Assembly: GCA_963721805.1 (NCBI GenBank)
Contig: CAVRJY010000001.1
Location: forward strand, 512,001 to 576,000
Source of the DNA: Nitrospirota bacterium
GTDB lineage: Bacteria > Nitrospirota > Thermodesulfovibrionia > Thermodesulfovibrionales > JdFR-86
Length of the DNA: 64,000 nt
Reading direction: 5' to 3'
Part shown: piece by piece, positions 1-8,832 of the stretch
How the letters are laid out: each line of letters begins with the position of its first letter
Numbering within the stretch: the first letter of the stretch is position 1
Made by a program: the position numbers and the translations under genes
The notes under the pieces: model-generated
Database searches by the model: none
Told to the model about the DNA's origin: nothing
The model's input: only the letters and a program-made list of their open reading frames with translations

Positions 1-1
1 C

Positions 2-316
2 TACTATGTAACCGCTATAAGAAATTTGCTGAAAAAAACAAATTTCCTTGAATTATATCAACAGCTCTTGGAAGATCAGATATCACAAGAAAGTTTCCAT
101 AAAGAACTCGCGGAATCCTCCAATAAGTATGTTGTTGATATACATCCTCTTGCCAACAAAGAAGATATTAATATAATTATAGGAATTGTCAACAGAATAG
201 GCTATGAACTCAGAGAGTTTTCTGGGAATGAAATTGATGAGCTTTTTTCAACCAATATTAGTGAAGAGATTGCTGCTATCGACAGCAGTTCGCTGACGAA
301 AAATCTGTATGGTTAA
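2..316 (+). CDS. Hypothetical protein, 5'-partial, AT-rich
   Basis: Frame is open from position 2 (YYVTAIRNLLKK...). Composition is AT-rich, unlike the rest of the window. The stop overlaps the next ATG. Confidence 0.6.
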   Translation, partial: YYVTAIRNLLKKTNFLELYQQLLEDQISQESFHKELAESSNKYVVDIHPLANKEDINIIIGIVNRIGYELREFSGNEIDELFSTNISEEIAAIDSSSLTKNLYG

Positions 317-689
317 GCTAATTGCCCAAGGCGCTTCAATCGAAGGCGAAAGAGTATCAGTATATACTCGCAAACAAATATTCCACTCTCTTGTTCAAAT
401 AGGAGGTATGACATTATGTAAATACAAATGTTCGACACATGTAAAATCAGAAGTTATAGAGGAACTAATCCCAAAAAGATATAAGATCAAAAAGACCTCC
501 AATCTGAATGCTGGAGATTTGTTGGAGGCAGATGTTATTGAAGTATATCCCCAATCTATGCTGACGTTCGAAAAAGAAGCAAATTATAGTCATACTCATG
601 GCATCCAAACAGCTCAATCAAAAGGTTTCACATATGCTGAAATAGCGATCCCTTTTCGGTTTTTGTTAGAAAGAGCTATTGGGAGATAA
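309..689 (+). CDS. Hypothetical protein, AT-rich
   Basis: 126-aa ORF in AT-rich DNA, overlapping the upstream ORF by 8 nt. No recognisable motif. Confidence 0.55.
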   Translation: MVKLIAQGASIEGERVSVYTRKQIFHSLVQIGGMTLCKYKCSTHVKSEVIEELIPKRYKIKKTSNLNAGDLLEADVIEVYPQSMLTFEKEANYSHTHGIQTAQSKGFTYAEIAIPFRFLLERAIGR

Positions 690-808
690 GAAAATGGGAG
701 AACCGGGACAGCTATACTTTTTACGAATTTCGATGCAGGCGGCCCTCTTCATTAACCACAGTTAATCGGAAGTTAATAGAAAACGCATGACCCTTCATTT
801 TTCCTATC

Positions 809-838
809 AACCTTCGGTTTATATATAAACCGTAGGTT
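809..838. repeat. 30-bp near-perfect palindrome
   Basis: AACCTTCGGTTTATA|TATAAACCGTAGGTT, with one mismatched pair and no spacer. Confidence 0.8.
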
Positions 839-1158
839 ATCGCATTTTTTATTTCGTTGTGCTTCAATACTGCATGAGGCTGATATGCTCATATTTGAAG
901 GTGCTGAAAACGCGGAAGGATGCCGATGGGCGGCGCGAAAAACGTTTCTGAACGCCTAAACACGGAGGTCGCAAAAAAGCGATGAAATCCGCATGGTTAG
1001 AAGCTGTTTTCTTCGTTCATTTGAACGCTCTAAAAAAATACGCGCGGCCGCGCGCGGTAAGTATGTATATAACTAAGGCTACGGATGCAGGTCAAAGAAA
1101 GCCGTTGACCTCGTGGGGCGCGGGGGGCGGGGCCGACTGGCCCCCTTCTTTCCCCCCG

Positions 1159-1281
1159 AAAGCGCGCCCAAATCGGCTTCAGACAAGGCAGGGCGAGAAG
1201 ACCGCCCGATGGTGTACTGTGACGTACATAGAGGGCGAGTCTTCGAAGCCCAACGCAGTATCAAGCGATTTGGAGCGCTTT
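1159..1281. repeat. ERIC-like / MITE-like long imperfect palindrome (~123 bp)
   Basis: Nested arms AAAGCGC/GCGCTTT, CCAAATCG/CGATTTGG, GAAGAC/GTCTTC, CGCCC/GGGCG and TGTAC/GTACA. Also carries the CAAGGC...CAACGCAG internal-loop motif typical of ERIC-type repeats. Confidence 0.6.
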
Positions 1282-1331
1282 GAAAAAAAGCTTGTTGAGC
1301 GGTGGGGCGTTGTGAGGGTATACTGTTAGTT

Positions 1332-2027
1332 ATGGCTGACAAGGGAAGAATCCTGGTAGTCGAGGACGAACAGAAGATCGCCGACGTTACCAAGGCCTAT
1401 CTCGAGCGCGCCGGCTTCGAGGTCGTGCATGCCGCTACAGGCGCGCGCGCGGTCTCGCTCCTGAAGGAGAAGTTCGACCTCATCTTGCTTGACCTGATGC
1501 TCCCGGACATGGACGGCGAGGAGATATGCCGCCTCGTGCGCGAGCACTCGCAAGTGCCGATCATCATGCTCACGGCCAAGAGCGCCGAGGACGACCGCGT
1601 CAAGGGCCTGGGCATGGGCGCGGACGACTACGTTGTGAAGCCCTTCAGCCCGCGCGAGCTGGTCGCGCGCGTAGAGGCGCACCTGAGGCGCACGAAGAAG
1701 CCTCAGCACACGATGAAGTTCAACGGCGGGGCGCTGGTTATCAACGTCGAGAACCACGAGGTGCTGGTCGACGGCTGCCCGATCACGCTGACCCCGACCG
1801 AGTTCAAGATACTCCAGTGCCTGGCCGACAGGCCGCAGGCCGTCCTGGGGCGGCTTCAGCTCGTGAACCTCGTGCAGGGCTATGACTTCGAGGGCTACGA
1901 GCGCACCATAGACGCGCACGTCAAGAACCTCCGCCACAAGATCGAGGAGGACTCGCGCTCGCCGCGCTTCATCAAGACCGTCTACGGCATGGGCTACAAG
2001 TTCATCGGCACGCGGGATGAGGACTAA
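1332..2027 (+). CDS. OmpR/PhoB-family response regulator (BaeR-like)
   Basis: Receiver domain (ILVVEDE, LLDLMLP, KPFSPREL) plus winged helix (RTIDAHVKNLRHKIE, TVYGMGYKF). Start placed at ATG 1332. Confidence 0.95.
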   Translation: MADKGRILVVEDEQKIADVTKAYLERAGFEVVHAATGARAVSLLKEKFDLILLDLMLPDMDGEEICRLVREHSQVPIIMLTAKSAEDDRVKGLGMGADDYVVKPFSPRELVARVEAHLRRTKKPQHTMKFNGGALVINVENHEVLVDGCPITLTPTEFKILQCLADRPQAVLGRLQLVNLVQGYDFEGYERTIDAHVKNLRHKIEEDSRSPRFIKTVYGMGYKFIGTRDED

Positions 2028-3381
2028 GCTTTTCGTAGCCTTCCTGGCCGTCATCCTCATGGCCCTGCTGTCGAACCTCATCTTCCACTACAAGATAATC
2101 GACGACTTCGAGGAATACTCGCGCAGCGTCGTCGAGGACGAGCTCTACCTCGTCCTGGCGGCCGTCGAGGGCTGCCGCAAAGAGGACGGCACGTGGGACC
2201 GCGAGGAGCTGGTCGACTCGGTGCGCTGGGCCGCGATGCTCGGTTTCGGCGTCGAGGTGCTCGACGAGGGCGGCCACGTGATGCTGACCACCAGGGACTC
2301 GCTCCAGGACATCACGCCCGCGCTCTGGCGGAGGGTCAACGCGATAGTTGAGCTCAACTCTCCGGCCGGGGAGTTCGAGGACTACCCGCTTTTCTCCGGC
2401 GGGGTCGAGATCGGGACGCTCAAGATCAGGCCGCTTCGGAAGCACGGGCTTCAAGCCAAGAAGGAAGACACGTTCAAGCGCCGCGAGAACGAGTTTCAGA
2501 ACTTCTCGTTCCTGATCGCGGGGGGCGGTGCGGTATTCCTGGCGCTGATGCTGGTGGCGTACATCACGCGGCCGCTCAGAAGGCTCAGAGAGGCCGCGTC
2601 GCGCGTCGCTTCCGGGGATTTCTCGGTGCGCATCAGGCCTCCGTCGAGCGGGGACGAGATCGAGGAACTCGGCAAGAGCTTCGACCACATGGTCGAGAGC
2701 CTCGAGCGCGAGGAGGCGATCAGGAAGCGGCTCACGTCGAATATCGCGCACGAACTCCGCACGCCGCTTACGGTCATGCGCGCCCAGATCGAGGCGATCT
2801 CGGACGGCGTGATCGAGCCGGACCGCGAGACGATAGATACGCTCTCCGGCGAGGTCCACCGGCTCGTGAGGCTCGTCGAGGGCATCGAGGAGATCACGCG
2901 CGCCGAGGCGAGCATATTCAAGCAGCCCTCGGTCGATTCGGTCAACTTGCGGGGCATGCTCGAGGGCATCGCCCAGTCTCTGGGCCTGATCTTCGAGCGC
3001 AAGGGCCTGAGCCTGGAGCTTGCGGGCCCGGCGCTCGTCGTGCGCACCGATGCCGACAAGCTCGAGATAATCCTCCGGAACCTCCTTAACAACGCAGCCC
3101 AGCACACCGCGGCCGGAGGCGTCTCGGTCTCGTGGGGCGCGGAGTCCGGGGGCTTCTCCATCGAGGTCAGGGACACCGGCCCCGGTATCCCGGCCGAGGA
3201 GATCCCGCTGCTGTTCAAGCGCTTCTACAAGGGCTCGGCCTCGAGCGGCACCGGCGTCGGGCTCTCGATAGTGCGCGAGCTGCTCGATATCCTCGGCGGC
3301 ACCGTTACGGTCATGAGCAAGCCCGGCGAGGGCGCGGTTTTTCGCGTGAGCATACCCGAGGCCGGCTCCAGGCGCAGGTAG
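2017..3381 (+). CDS. HAMP-domain sensor histidine kinase (BaeS-like)
   Basis: Two TM segments, HAMP, H-box IAHELRTPL, N-box NLLNNA, G boxes DTGPGI and GTGVGL. Confidence 0.95.
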   Translation: MRTKLFVAFLAVILMALLSNLIFHYKIIDDFEEYSRSVVEDELYLVLAAVEGCRKEDGTWDREELVDSVRWAAMLGFGVEVLDEGGHVMLTTRDSLQDITPALWRRVNAIVELNSPAGEFEDYPLFSGGVEIGTLKIRPLRKHGLQAKKEDTFKRRENEFQNFSFLIAGGGAVFLALMLVAYITRPLRRLREAASRVASGDFSVRIRPPSSGDEIEELGKSFDHMVESLEREEAIRKRLTSNIAHELRTPLTVMRAQIEAISDGVIEPDRETIDTLSGEVHRLVRLVEGIEEITRAEASIFKQPSVDSVNLRGMLEGIAQSLGLIFERKGLSLELAGPALVVRTDADKLEIILRNLLNNAAQHTAAGGVSVSWGAESGGFSIEVRDTGPGIPAEEIPLLFKRFYKGSASSGTGVGLSIVRELLDILGGTVTVMSKPGEGAVFRVSIPEAGSRRR

Positions 3382-3502
3382 TTGGTGTCTGTCTCAGGGG
3401 CGGCCATATCGACCGACGGTTTTTTGGCGCTTGTGTCATGACAGCATGCTCCGGCGGGATATCAGAAGCTGAAAAAGCATTTAATTACGGCCTGTTACGT
3501 CT

Positions 3503-3518
3503 GGGCATCCATCTTGCA
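3503..3518 (+). promoter_or_regulatory. Putative sigma-54 (-24/-12) promoter
   Basis: GGGCAT-ccatc-TTGCA gives GG-N10-GC, about 30 nt upstream of the ATG at 3548. Confidence 0.5.
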
Positions 3519-3547
3519 TCACTGGGGTTGCAAGGAGGGATCGAGAT

Positions 3548-3745
3548 ATGTCCATTGACAGAGTCGGCGCATCGGCCGCGCGCGAGGAGCTGTTGGCGAT
3601 GATAAGGTCTTCGCGTCAGGCGGCACCGGCCGCCCCGGCCCGGAAGCCTCAGCCAGCGGCCCTCACAAGCCCTGCTCCAGCGCTGGCCGAACGCCCGGTG
3701 GCAGAGGGCCGCATGCCGGTCAGGCGCATCAGCATCTACGTCTGA
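3548..3745 (+). CDS. Small Ala/Pro-rich hypothetical protein
   Basis: Strong SD (AAGGAGG), candidate sigma-54 promoter, C-terminal ISIYV tail. Confidence 0.6.
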   Translation: MSIDRVGASAAREELLAMIRSSRQAAPAAPARKPQPAALTSPAPALAERPVAEGRMPVRRISIYV

Positions 3746-3747
3746 AG

Positions 3748-4122
3748 CTATGGGATCGGGTTGCCGCCGATGGTCTGGGTTAGGGCCTCGATGAGCTGCG
3801 GCGTTTCGAAGGGCTTGATCAGCAGGCCGCTCGATGCGATGCTTGAGGCCTCGCGCATGGCGTAAGCATCCATCGTGTCCGCTATCAGGACGACTGGCAC
3901 GCTGTGGGTTTCGGTGAGGCTCCTGGCGAGGCTCAGTTTGTTGCGGTCAAACGATATGTCCAGCACCATGGCGTCCGGACGCGTCTGCTCCAGGAGGGCC
4001 GCCGCGTCCTGGCGGTTCGCGGCTATGCCGACCACGTCATAGCCGGCGCGCTGAAGGGCGCTCTGTATGTCCATCGCGATGATGGACTGGTCTTCGATTA
4101 TGAGAACCTTTACCGGCGCCAT
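3748..4122 (-). CDS. Single-domain response regulator
   Basis: VLIIED, MVLDI and IKPF receiver motifs. SD GGGAGG upstream. Confidence 0.85.
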   Translation of the reverse strand: MAPVKVLIIEDQSIIAMDIQSALQRAGYDVVGIAANRQDAAALLEQTRPDAMVLDISFDRNKLSLARSLTETHSVPVVLIADTMDAYAMREASSIASSGLLIKPFETPQLIEALTQTIGGNPIP

Positions 4123-4418
4123 TGCATTGCTCCCTCCCTGCCTACGCTTAGATGTTAAGTGAATGCAAGCAGGAAGGCAACTAGGTAATTATACTTACAT
4201 AGACACAACCGGCTATAGTAAAGCATCGGCCTAAAATTCATATTATGGTTGTATGATATAATGAATTAGTTATAAATAACATAAGCATTATTGGTGTTGG
4301 CGTAGATGAATTTTTTGAGTTAGCCTGCAAGCATCAGTGTGCGGCGCGCTCTGGATGTCGAACCTATGCTGTGTGTTAAATTATCGGATCGGTTCAATGC
4401 TATCATTGGGGGAGATCA

Positions 4419-4505
4419 ATGAAAACAGTAATCTGTCGCGGAGGTCTGTGCTGTCTAATGGATGTGTTTAAATGCGCTTGTACTAGGGGTGCGGCGCATG
4501 TCTGA
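4419..4505 (+). CDS. Candidate 28-aa Cys-rich small ORF (MKTVICRGGLCCLMDVFKCACTRGAAHV)
   Basis: SD GGGGGAG at 4408-4414. Its stop overlaps the LuxR ATG (ATGTCTGA). Confidence 0.3.
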   Translation: MKTVICRGGLCCLMDVFKCACTRGAAHV

Positions 4506-5577
4506 GGGCAAGGGACGCAACAACCTGCGGAAACTCGGCCGCGAGATCAAGCGGCGCAGCATCTGCCTCATGGACCGCGAGTCCTTCACCGAATCCATCA
4601 TGCGCCACTTGAAGACCTCGCTCGGGTGCGCCGTTACGGCCGTGGTCCATGCCTCCGATACGGGGCTCGACCTCTGCGGCGGGATCCTCCTCGGTTTTTC
4701 GCCCGAGCGCGTCAACGCTTTTTTCAACAACGACCACGGTAAGCTCGCGGTCTATAAGGACCTTTTTGACGGGGCCAGGCGACACGGCTACCACTGCATG
4801 TTTTTCAACGACGCCGAAAAGAACGCCAAGCCCATATTTGACGAACTCTACAAGCCCTTCGGCCTGACCTGCGGGGCGAAGATCGTCTTCAGCGATGCCG
4901 CCGGCTCGGTGATCGGGGCATATACCCTCAGCAGGGAGACGGGCCCCGATTTCAGCGATGCGGAAAAGGAGCTCATCCAGGACATTGCGCCTTACGTGTT
5001 TTTCGCGTTCAGGCGCTACCGCTGGCTGGTCGCGCTCGATTTTTTCGGCGTGATCCGCCACGACGAGCTGATGTACGGTATGCTTATCACCGACGACTCC
5101 GGACGCGTAACATACCAAAACGATGCCGCGAGGTTTCTGCTTAAATCCAAGGAGGGCGATACGGTCCCGATGCCGCTGCTGGGGGTGTCAGGCAGGCTTG
5201 AGGCGGCCTCGAACTCCGCCGATAAGCATACGTTTAACTTCAGGGAACTCGAGGCCTACAAGCCCCCTATCGGAGGCGTTACCGCCTACAGGTTCGATGA
5301 GGCCCATGGCAACGGCCGCCTCCCTGTCAGCGGCTCGGGCTGGGTGTACCTGCTGAACCCCTGCCACAAGGACGAGCGGGAGAAGTCCCTATTGACGAAA
5401 CGCGAACTGGAGGTCATAAGGTGCATAGGCCGCGGCCTGCAGGACAAGGAGATCGCGCTTGCGCTTAACATCTCCGAGAAGACCGTGCAGGCCTTCGTGC
5501 AGAAGATATACAAGAAGCTCAACACCGAAAACCGGACCGAGGCGGCCATGAAGGCCATACGCCTCGGGCTCCAGTAA
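4498..5577 (+). CDS. LuxR-family HTH transcriptional regulator with GAF-like N-terminus
   Basis: C-terminal LTKRELEVIRCIGRGLQDKEIALALNISEKTV...KKLN motif. Confidence 0.9.
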   Translation: MSEGKGRNNLRKLGREIKRRSICLMDRESFTESIMRHLKTSLGCAVTAVVHASDTGLDLCGGILLGFSPERVNAFFNNDHGKLAVYKDLFDGARRHGYHCMFFNDAEKNAKPIFDELYKPFGLTCGAKIVFSDAAGSVIGAYTLSRETGPDFSDAEKELIQDIAPYVFFAFRRYRWLVALDFFGVIRHDELMYGMLITDDSGRVTYQNDAARFLLKSKEGDTVPMPLLGVSGRLEAASNSADKHTFNFRELEAYKPPIGGVTAYRFDEAHGNGRLPVSGSGWVYLLNPCHKDEREKSLLTKRELEVIRCIGRGLQDKEIALALNISEKTVQAFVQKIYKKLNTENRTEAAMKAIRLGLQ

Positions 5578-5583
5578 CGCGCG

Positions 5584-6921
5584 CTAAGATATCGACTCGA
5601 TGACGGCCGGGCGCGGCGGCTTCTCGCGCTCTCCGATCTCGATGCCCGAGACGAAGGCCTCCTCGGCCTCCGCTAAGGCCGCGCCGTCGTTGTAGTGCAG
5701 TATCGCCAGCGGCTCGCCCTCGCGCACCGTCTCTCCGACCTTGCGGTTTATCACGATGCCGGCCGCCAGGTCTATCTCGTCTTCGGCCCTCATGCGGCCG
5801 GCCCCCAGCAGCCTTGCGGCCGTGCCCACGGCCTCGGCGTCCAGCGCCCTGAGTATGCCGTCCCTCGGCGCGGGGACGACCTTCGTGAAGGCCGCGCCCG
5901 GGAGCGCCGAGCGCCCCATCACCGCGTCCACATCTCCGCCCTGCGCGTCGACCATCTCCAGGAACTTCTTAAGCGCGTCGCCTTTTTCTATGAATTCCAT
6001 CGCCTCGTGCTTGTAGCCTCTGGTCGTGAAATCCGTGAGCCTCGCGGTGGGGCACTCCTCCGTGATCGCGTCGGAGAGGCTTAGCATCGAGGCCGCGAGG
6101 ATCAGCGTGACCTCCATCAGGTCCGGTGCGCCCTTGCCCTTAAGCGCGCTTATGGCCTCCTTGATCTCGAGCGAGTTGCCGACCGTGCGCCCCAGCGGCT
6201 GGTCCATGTCCGTTATCACCGCGACCGTTCGCACGCCCATCGCGTTGCCGATCTTGACCATCGTGTGGGCGAGGGAGCGGGCCGATTGCAGGTCCTTCGT
6301 AAACGCCCCGGAGCCGACCTTGACGTCCAGCACGAGGCCTCTCAAGCCCTCCGAGAGCTTCTTGGACATGATGCTGGACGCTATGAGCGGGATCGACTCC
6401 ACCGTGGCGGTCACGTCCCTGAGGCGGTAGAGCACGCGGTCGGCCGGGGCTATCTCCGGGCCCTGCTCGGCTATCGCCACCCCTATATCGCCCACTATGG
6501 CCGAGAACTCATCCGCGCTAAGGTCGGTCCTGAAGCCGGGGATCGCGTGCAGCTTGTCGATAGTCCCGCCGGTATGCCCGAGCCCGCGCCCGGCTATCAT
6601 CGGCACCTTCGTGCCCATCGCGGCCATCAGCGGGGCGAGTATTATGCTCGTCTTGTCACCGACGCCGCCGGTCGAGTGCTTGTCCACTATCGGCGTTGCG
6701 GCGTCGCCGAATTCCAGCGTCCGCCCGGAGCGCACCATCGCCTCTGTCATCGCGACCGTCTCGGGGTCGGTCATGCCGCGCAGGAATACGGCCATCAGGA
6801 ACGCCGAGGCCTGGTAGTCCGGCACCAGGCCCGTGGCGATGCCGCCTATGATGAAGGCTATCTCCTCATGGGAGAGTTCGCCGCCGTCGCGTTTCTTCTT
6901 TATGATGTCATAGGTATGCAT
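5584..6921 (-). CDS. pdp: Pyrimidine-nucleoside / thymidine phosphorylase
   Basis: DKHSTGGVGDK, GRGLGHTGGTIDKL and SIMSKK motifs. Confidence 0.93.
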   Translation of the reverse strand: MHTYDIIKKKRDGGELSHEEIAFIIGGIATGLVPDYQASAFLMAVFLRGMTDPETVAMTEAMVRSGRTLEFGDAATPIVDKHSTGGVGDKTSIILAPLMAAMGTKVPMIAGRGLGHTGGTIDKLHAIPGFRTDLSADEFSAIVGDIGVAIAEQGPEIAPADRVLYRLRDVTATVESIPLIASSIMSKKLSEGLRGLVLDVKVGSGAFTKDLQSARSLAHTMVKIGNAMGVRTVAVITDMDQPLGRTVGNSLEIKEAISALKGKGAPDLMEVTLILAASMLSLSDAITEECPTARLTDFTTRGYKHEAMEFIEKGDALKKFLEMVDAQGGDVDAVMGRSALPGAAFTKVVPAPRDGILRALDAEAVGTAARLLGAGRMRAEDEIDLAAGIVINRKVGETVREGEPLAILHYNDGAALAEAEEAFVSGIEIGEREKPPRPAVIESIS

Positions 6922-7044
6922 AGTCCCTCCTGTAGCTGAGCGTATTCTTTTTTATTGATTAATGGCTGAAAGTATAGTATATTTACACGAATAGTATACA
7001 TGTGGCGTTATGCATATTAAAACAGGGGGTGAAAGGGGAATCCT

Positions 7045-7326
7045 ATGGGAGAAGAAAAACTCTCGAAAGAGGAGTTCATCAGACAGGCTATCGTAGGGCT
7101 CAGGAAAGAGGGGTACAAGGGTATCCATACCGTCTATTCCGGCTTTAACGAGGCCTTCAAAGCCTATTATCCCGGCGAGGATCCGATAGTGAACACGACC
7201 AAGCTCGCATCCGAGGGCAAGATCGTCATCCGTCCCGTCAGGGGCGGCGTGATGCTATACCTGCCCGAGGACGCCCCCGCTCAGGGCCGCACGGCCGAGG
7301 AGGCTCTCAAAAAAATGGGCCTATGA
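7045..7326 (+). CDS. Hypothetical protein
   Basis: SD present, first gene of the nadD operon, ATGA overlap with nadD. Confidence 0.8.
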   Translation: MGEEKLSKEEFIRQAIVGLRKEGYKGIHTVYSGFNEAFKAYYPGEDPIVNTTKLASEGKIVIRPVRGGVMLYLPEDAPAQGRTAEEALKKMGL

Positions 7327-8030
7327 AAATAGGCATCCTCGGCGGGACCTTCAACCCGGTCCATTACGGCCACCTGAGGGCCGCCGAAGAAGTACGGGAG
7401 CGGCTTGCCCTGGAGCGGGTGCTGTTCGTGCCCGCCGGCACGCCTCCCCTTAAATCCGGCGAACTCGCTGATGCCCGCCACCGTCTCGAGATGGTAACTC
7501 TCGCGGTGGCGGGCAATCCTTTTTTCGAGGTCTCCGGCGTCGAGTGCAACAGGCCCGGGACCTCCTATCTCATCGAGACGCTCGAGACCATCTCGGCCGG
7601 ACACCCGGACTGGGAGCTGTATTTCATCATCGGCTCCGAGGCGTTCGCCGAGCTCCCGAGGTGGCGCGAGCCCAGGCGGCTCCTGAATATGGCGCGCTTC
7701 GTCGTGCTCGGCCGCCCGCCGCTCGGGTTCGAGGCCGCGCTTAAGGGCTCGCCGTACATCGGCGACGCGCACGCGCTCCGGGCGCTTGACCGGGGTGAGA
7801 CCGGGGAGGCCGAGGTCAGCGTTATGGGCGGGGGCTCGGTCATAATGCTCCGGATGGATGCCCTGCCGGTCTCGTCCACCGCGATACGCTCGGCCCTCAG
7901 GGAGGGCAGGAGCATAAGGTATCTGTTGCCACGCGACGTTGAGTTATATATAATAACTGAGAAGCTTTATTTGCCTATGCTCAGGGAGGACCAGACGACA
8001 AGGCGCGAAGGGAAGACAGATTGCCGTTAA
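7323..8030 (+). CDS. nadD: Nicotinate-nucleotide adenylyltransferase
   Basis: GGTFNPVHYGH and VSSTAIR motifs. Confidence 0.95.
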   Translation: MKIGILGGTFNPVHYGHLRAAEEVRERLALERVLFVPAGTPPLKSGELADARHRLEMVTLAVAGNPFFEVSGVECNRPGTSYLIETLETISAGHPDWELYFIIGSEAFAELPRWREPRRLLNMARFVVLGRPPLGFEAALKGSPYIGDAHALRALDRGETGEAEVSVMGGGSVIMLRMDALPVSSTAIRSALREGRSIRYLLPRDVELYIITEKLYLPMLREDQTTRREGKTDCR

Positions 8031-8446
8031 AACGCAAGGACGCAAGCAGGCGGCGCGCGATTGAAATTGCCCGTATAGCCCTGGATAAGAAGGCCTCATC
8101 GGTAGTCGTTCTAGATATGTCCGGTCTCGTGTATTTCACCGATTACTTCGTGATCTGCTCGGCCGATAACGTCACCCACGCCGGGGCGCTCGTGGACCAC
8201 ATCGAGCAGGGCATGAAGACCGCCCACAGGCTCAGGCCGATAGGGATCGAAGGCAGGCAGCACGCCCACTGGGTGCTGATCGATTACGGCGACGTCGTCG
8301 TGCATGTGTTTGACAGGGAAACCCGCGAGCACTACGAGCTCGAGAAGCTCTGGCTCGACGCCCCGGAGGTCGCGGTTGAGGAAGCTAAGGATAAGGCTGC
8401 TGTGGGTGGGAAAGACACGGGAGGCGTATCTGAAAAAAGGCATTGA
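8021..8446 (+). CDS. rsfS: Ribosome silencing factor
   Basis: TDYFVICS, WVLIDYGDVVVHVF and YELEKLW motifs. Confidence 0.95.
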   Translation: MPLKRKDASRRRAIEIARIALDKKASSVVVLDMSGLVYFTDYFVICSADNVTHAGALVDHIEQGMKTAHRLRPIGIEGRQHAHWVLIDYGDVVVHVFDRETREHYELEKLWLDAPEVAVEEAKDKAAVGGKDTGGVSEKRH

Positions 8447-8831
8447 CGACTACCTCGAGAGGCTCGGCCCGTACGCCGAGGTCGAGGTCGTGGAGATAAG
8501 GGAAGAGAAGGGCGCAAGCGGCGGGCTGAGCGCCGAGGGCCTTGCGCGCGAGGGCAGGCGTATTGCCGGGAAGTCCGGCGGCTACGTCCTGCTCGACGAG
8601 CGGGGCCGCCAGCTGAGCTCCCCCGAGCTCGCCTCATACCTGGGCAAGCACCCCTCGGTGGACTTCGTCCTGGGAGGGGCCTACGGCGTGAGCGACGAGG
8701 TGCGCAAGGGCGCTGGCGATACGATCTCTCTCTCGCAAATGACGCTCACCCACGAGATGGCCCGGCTGCTGTTTACGGAGCAGCTCTACAGGGCATGCAC
8801 CATAATCCGCGGCATGAGGTATCATCACTGA
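8376..8831 (+). CDS. rlmH: 23S rRNA m3-pseudouridine1915 methyltransferase
   Basis: LLWVGK, LDERG, FVLGGAYG and EQLYRA...YHH motifs. TTG start after SD GGAGGT. Confidence 0.93.
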   Translation: MRKLRIRLLWVGKTREAYLKKGIDDYLERLGPYAEVEVVEIREEKGASGGLSAEGLAREGRRIAGKSGGYVLLDERGRQLSSPELASYLGKHPSVDFVLGGAYGVSDEVRKGAGDTISLSQMTLTHEMARLLFTEQLYRACTIIRGMRYHH

Positions 8832-8832
8832 G

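Noticed and set aside
982..1393. ORFs 982-1329(+) and 1079-1393(-)
   Set aside because: They run through the palindromic repeat and promoter and show no protein-like features.
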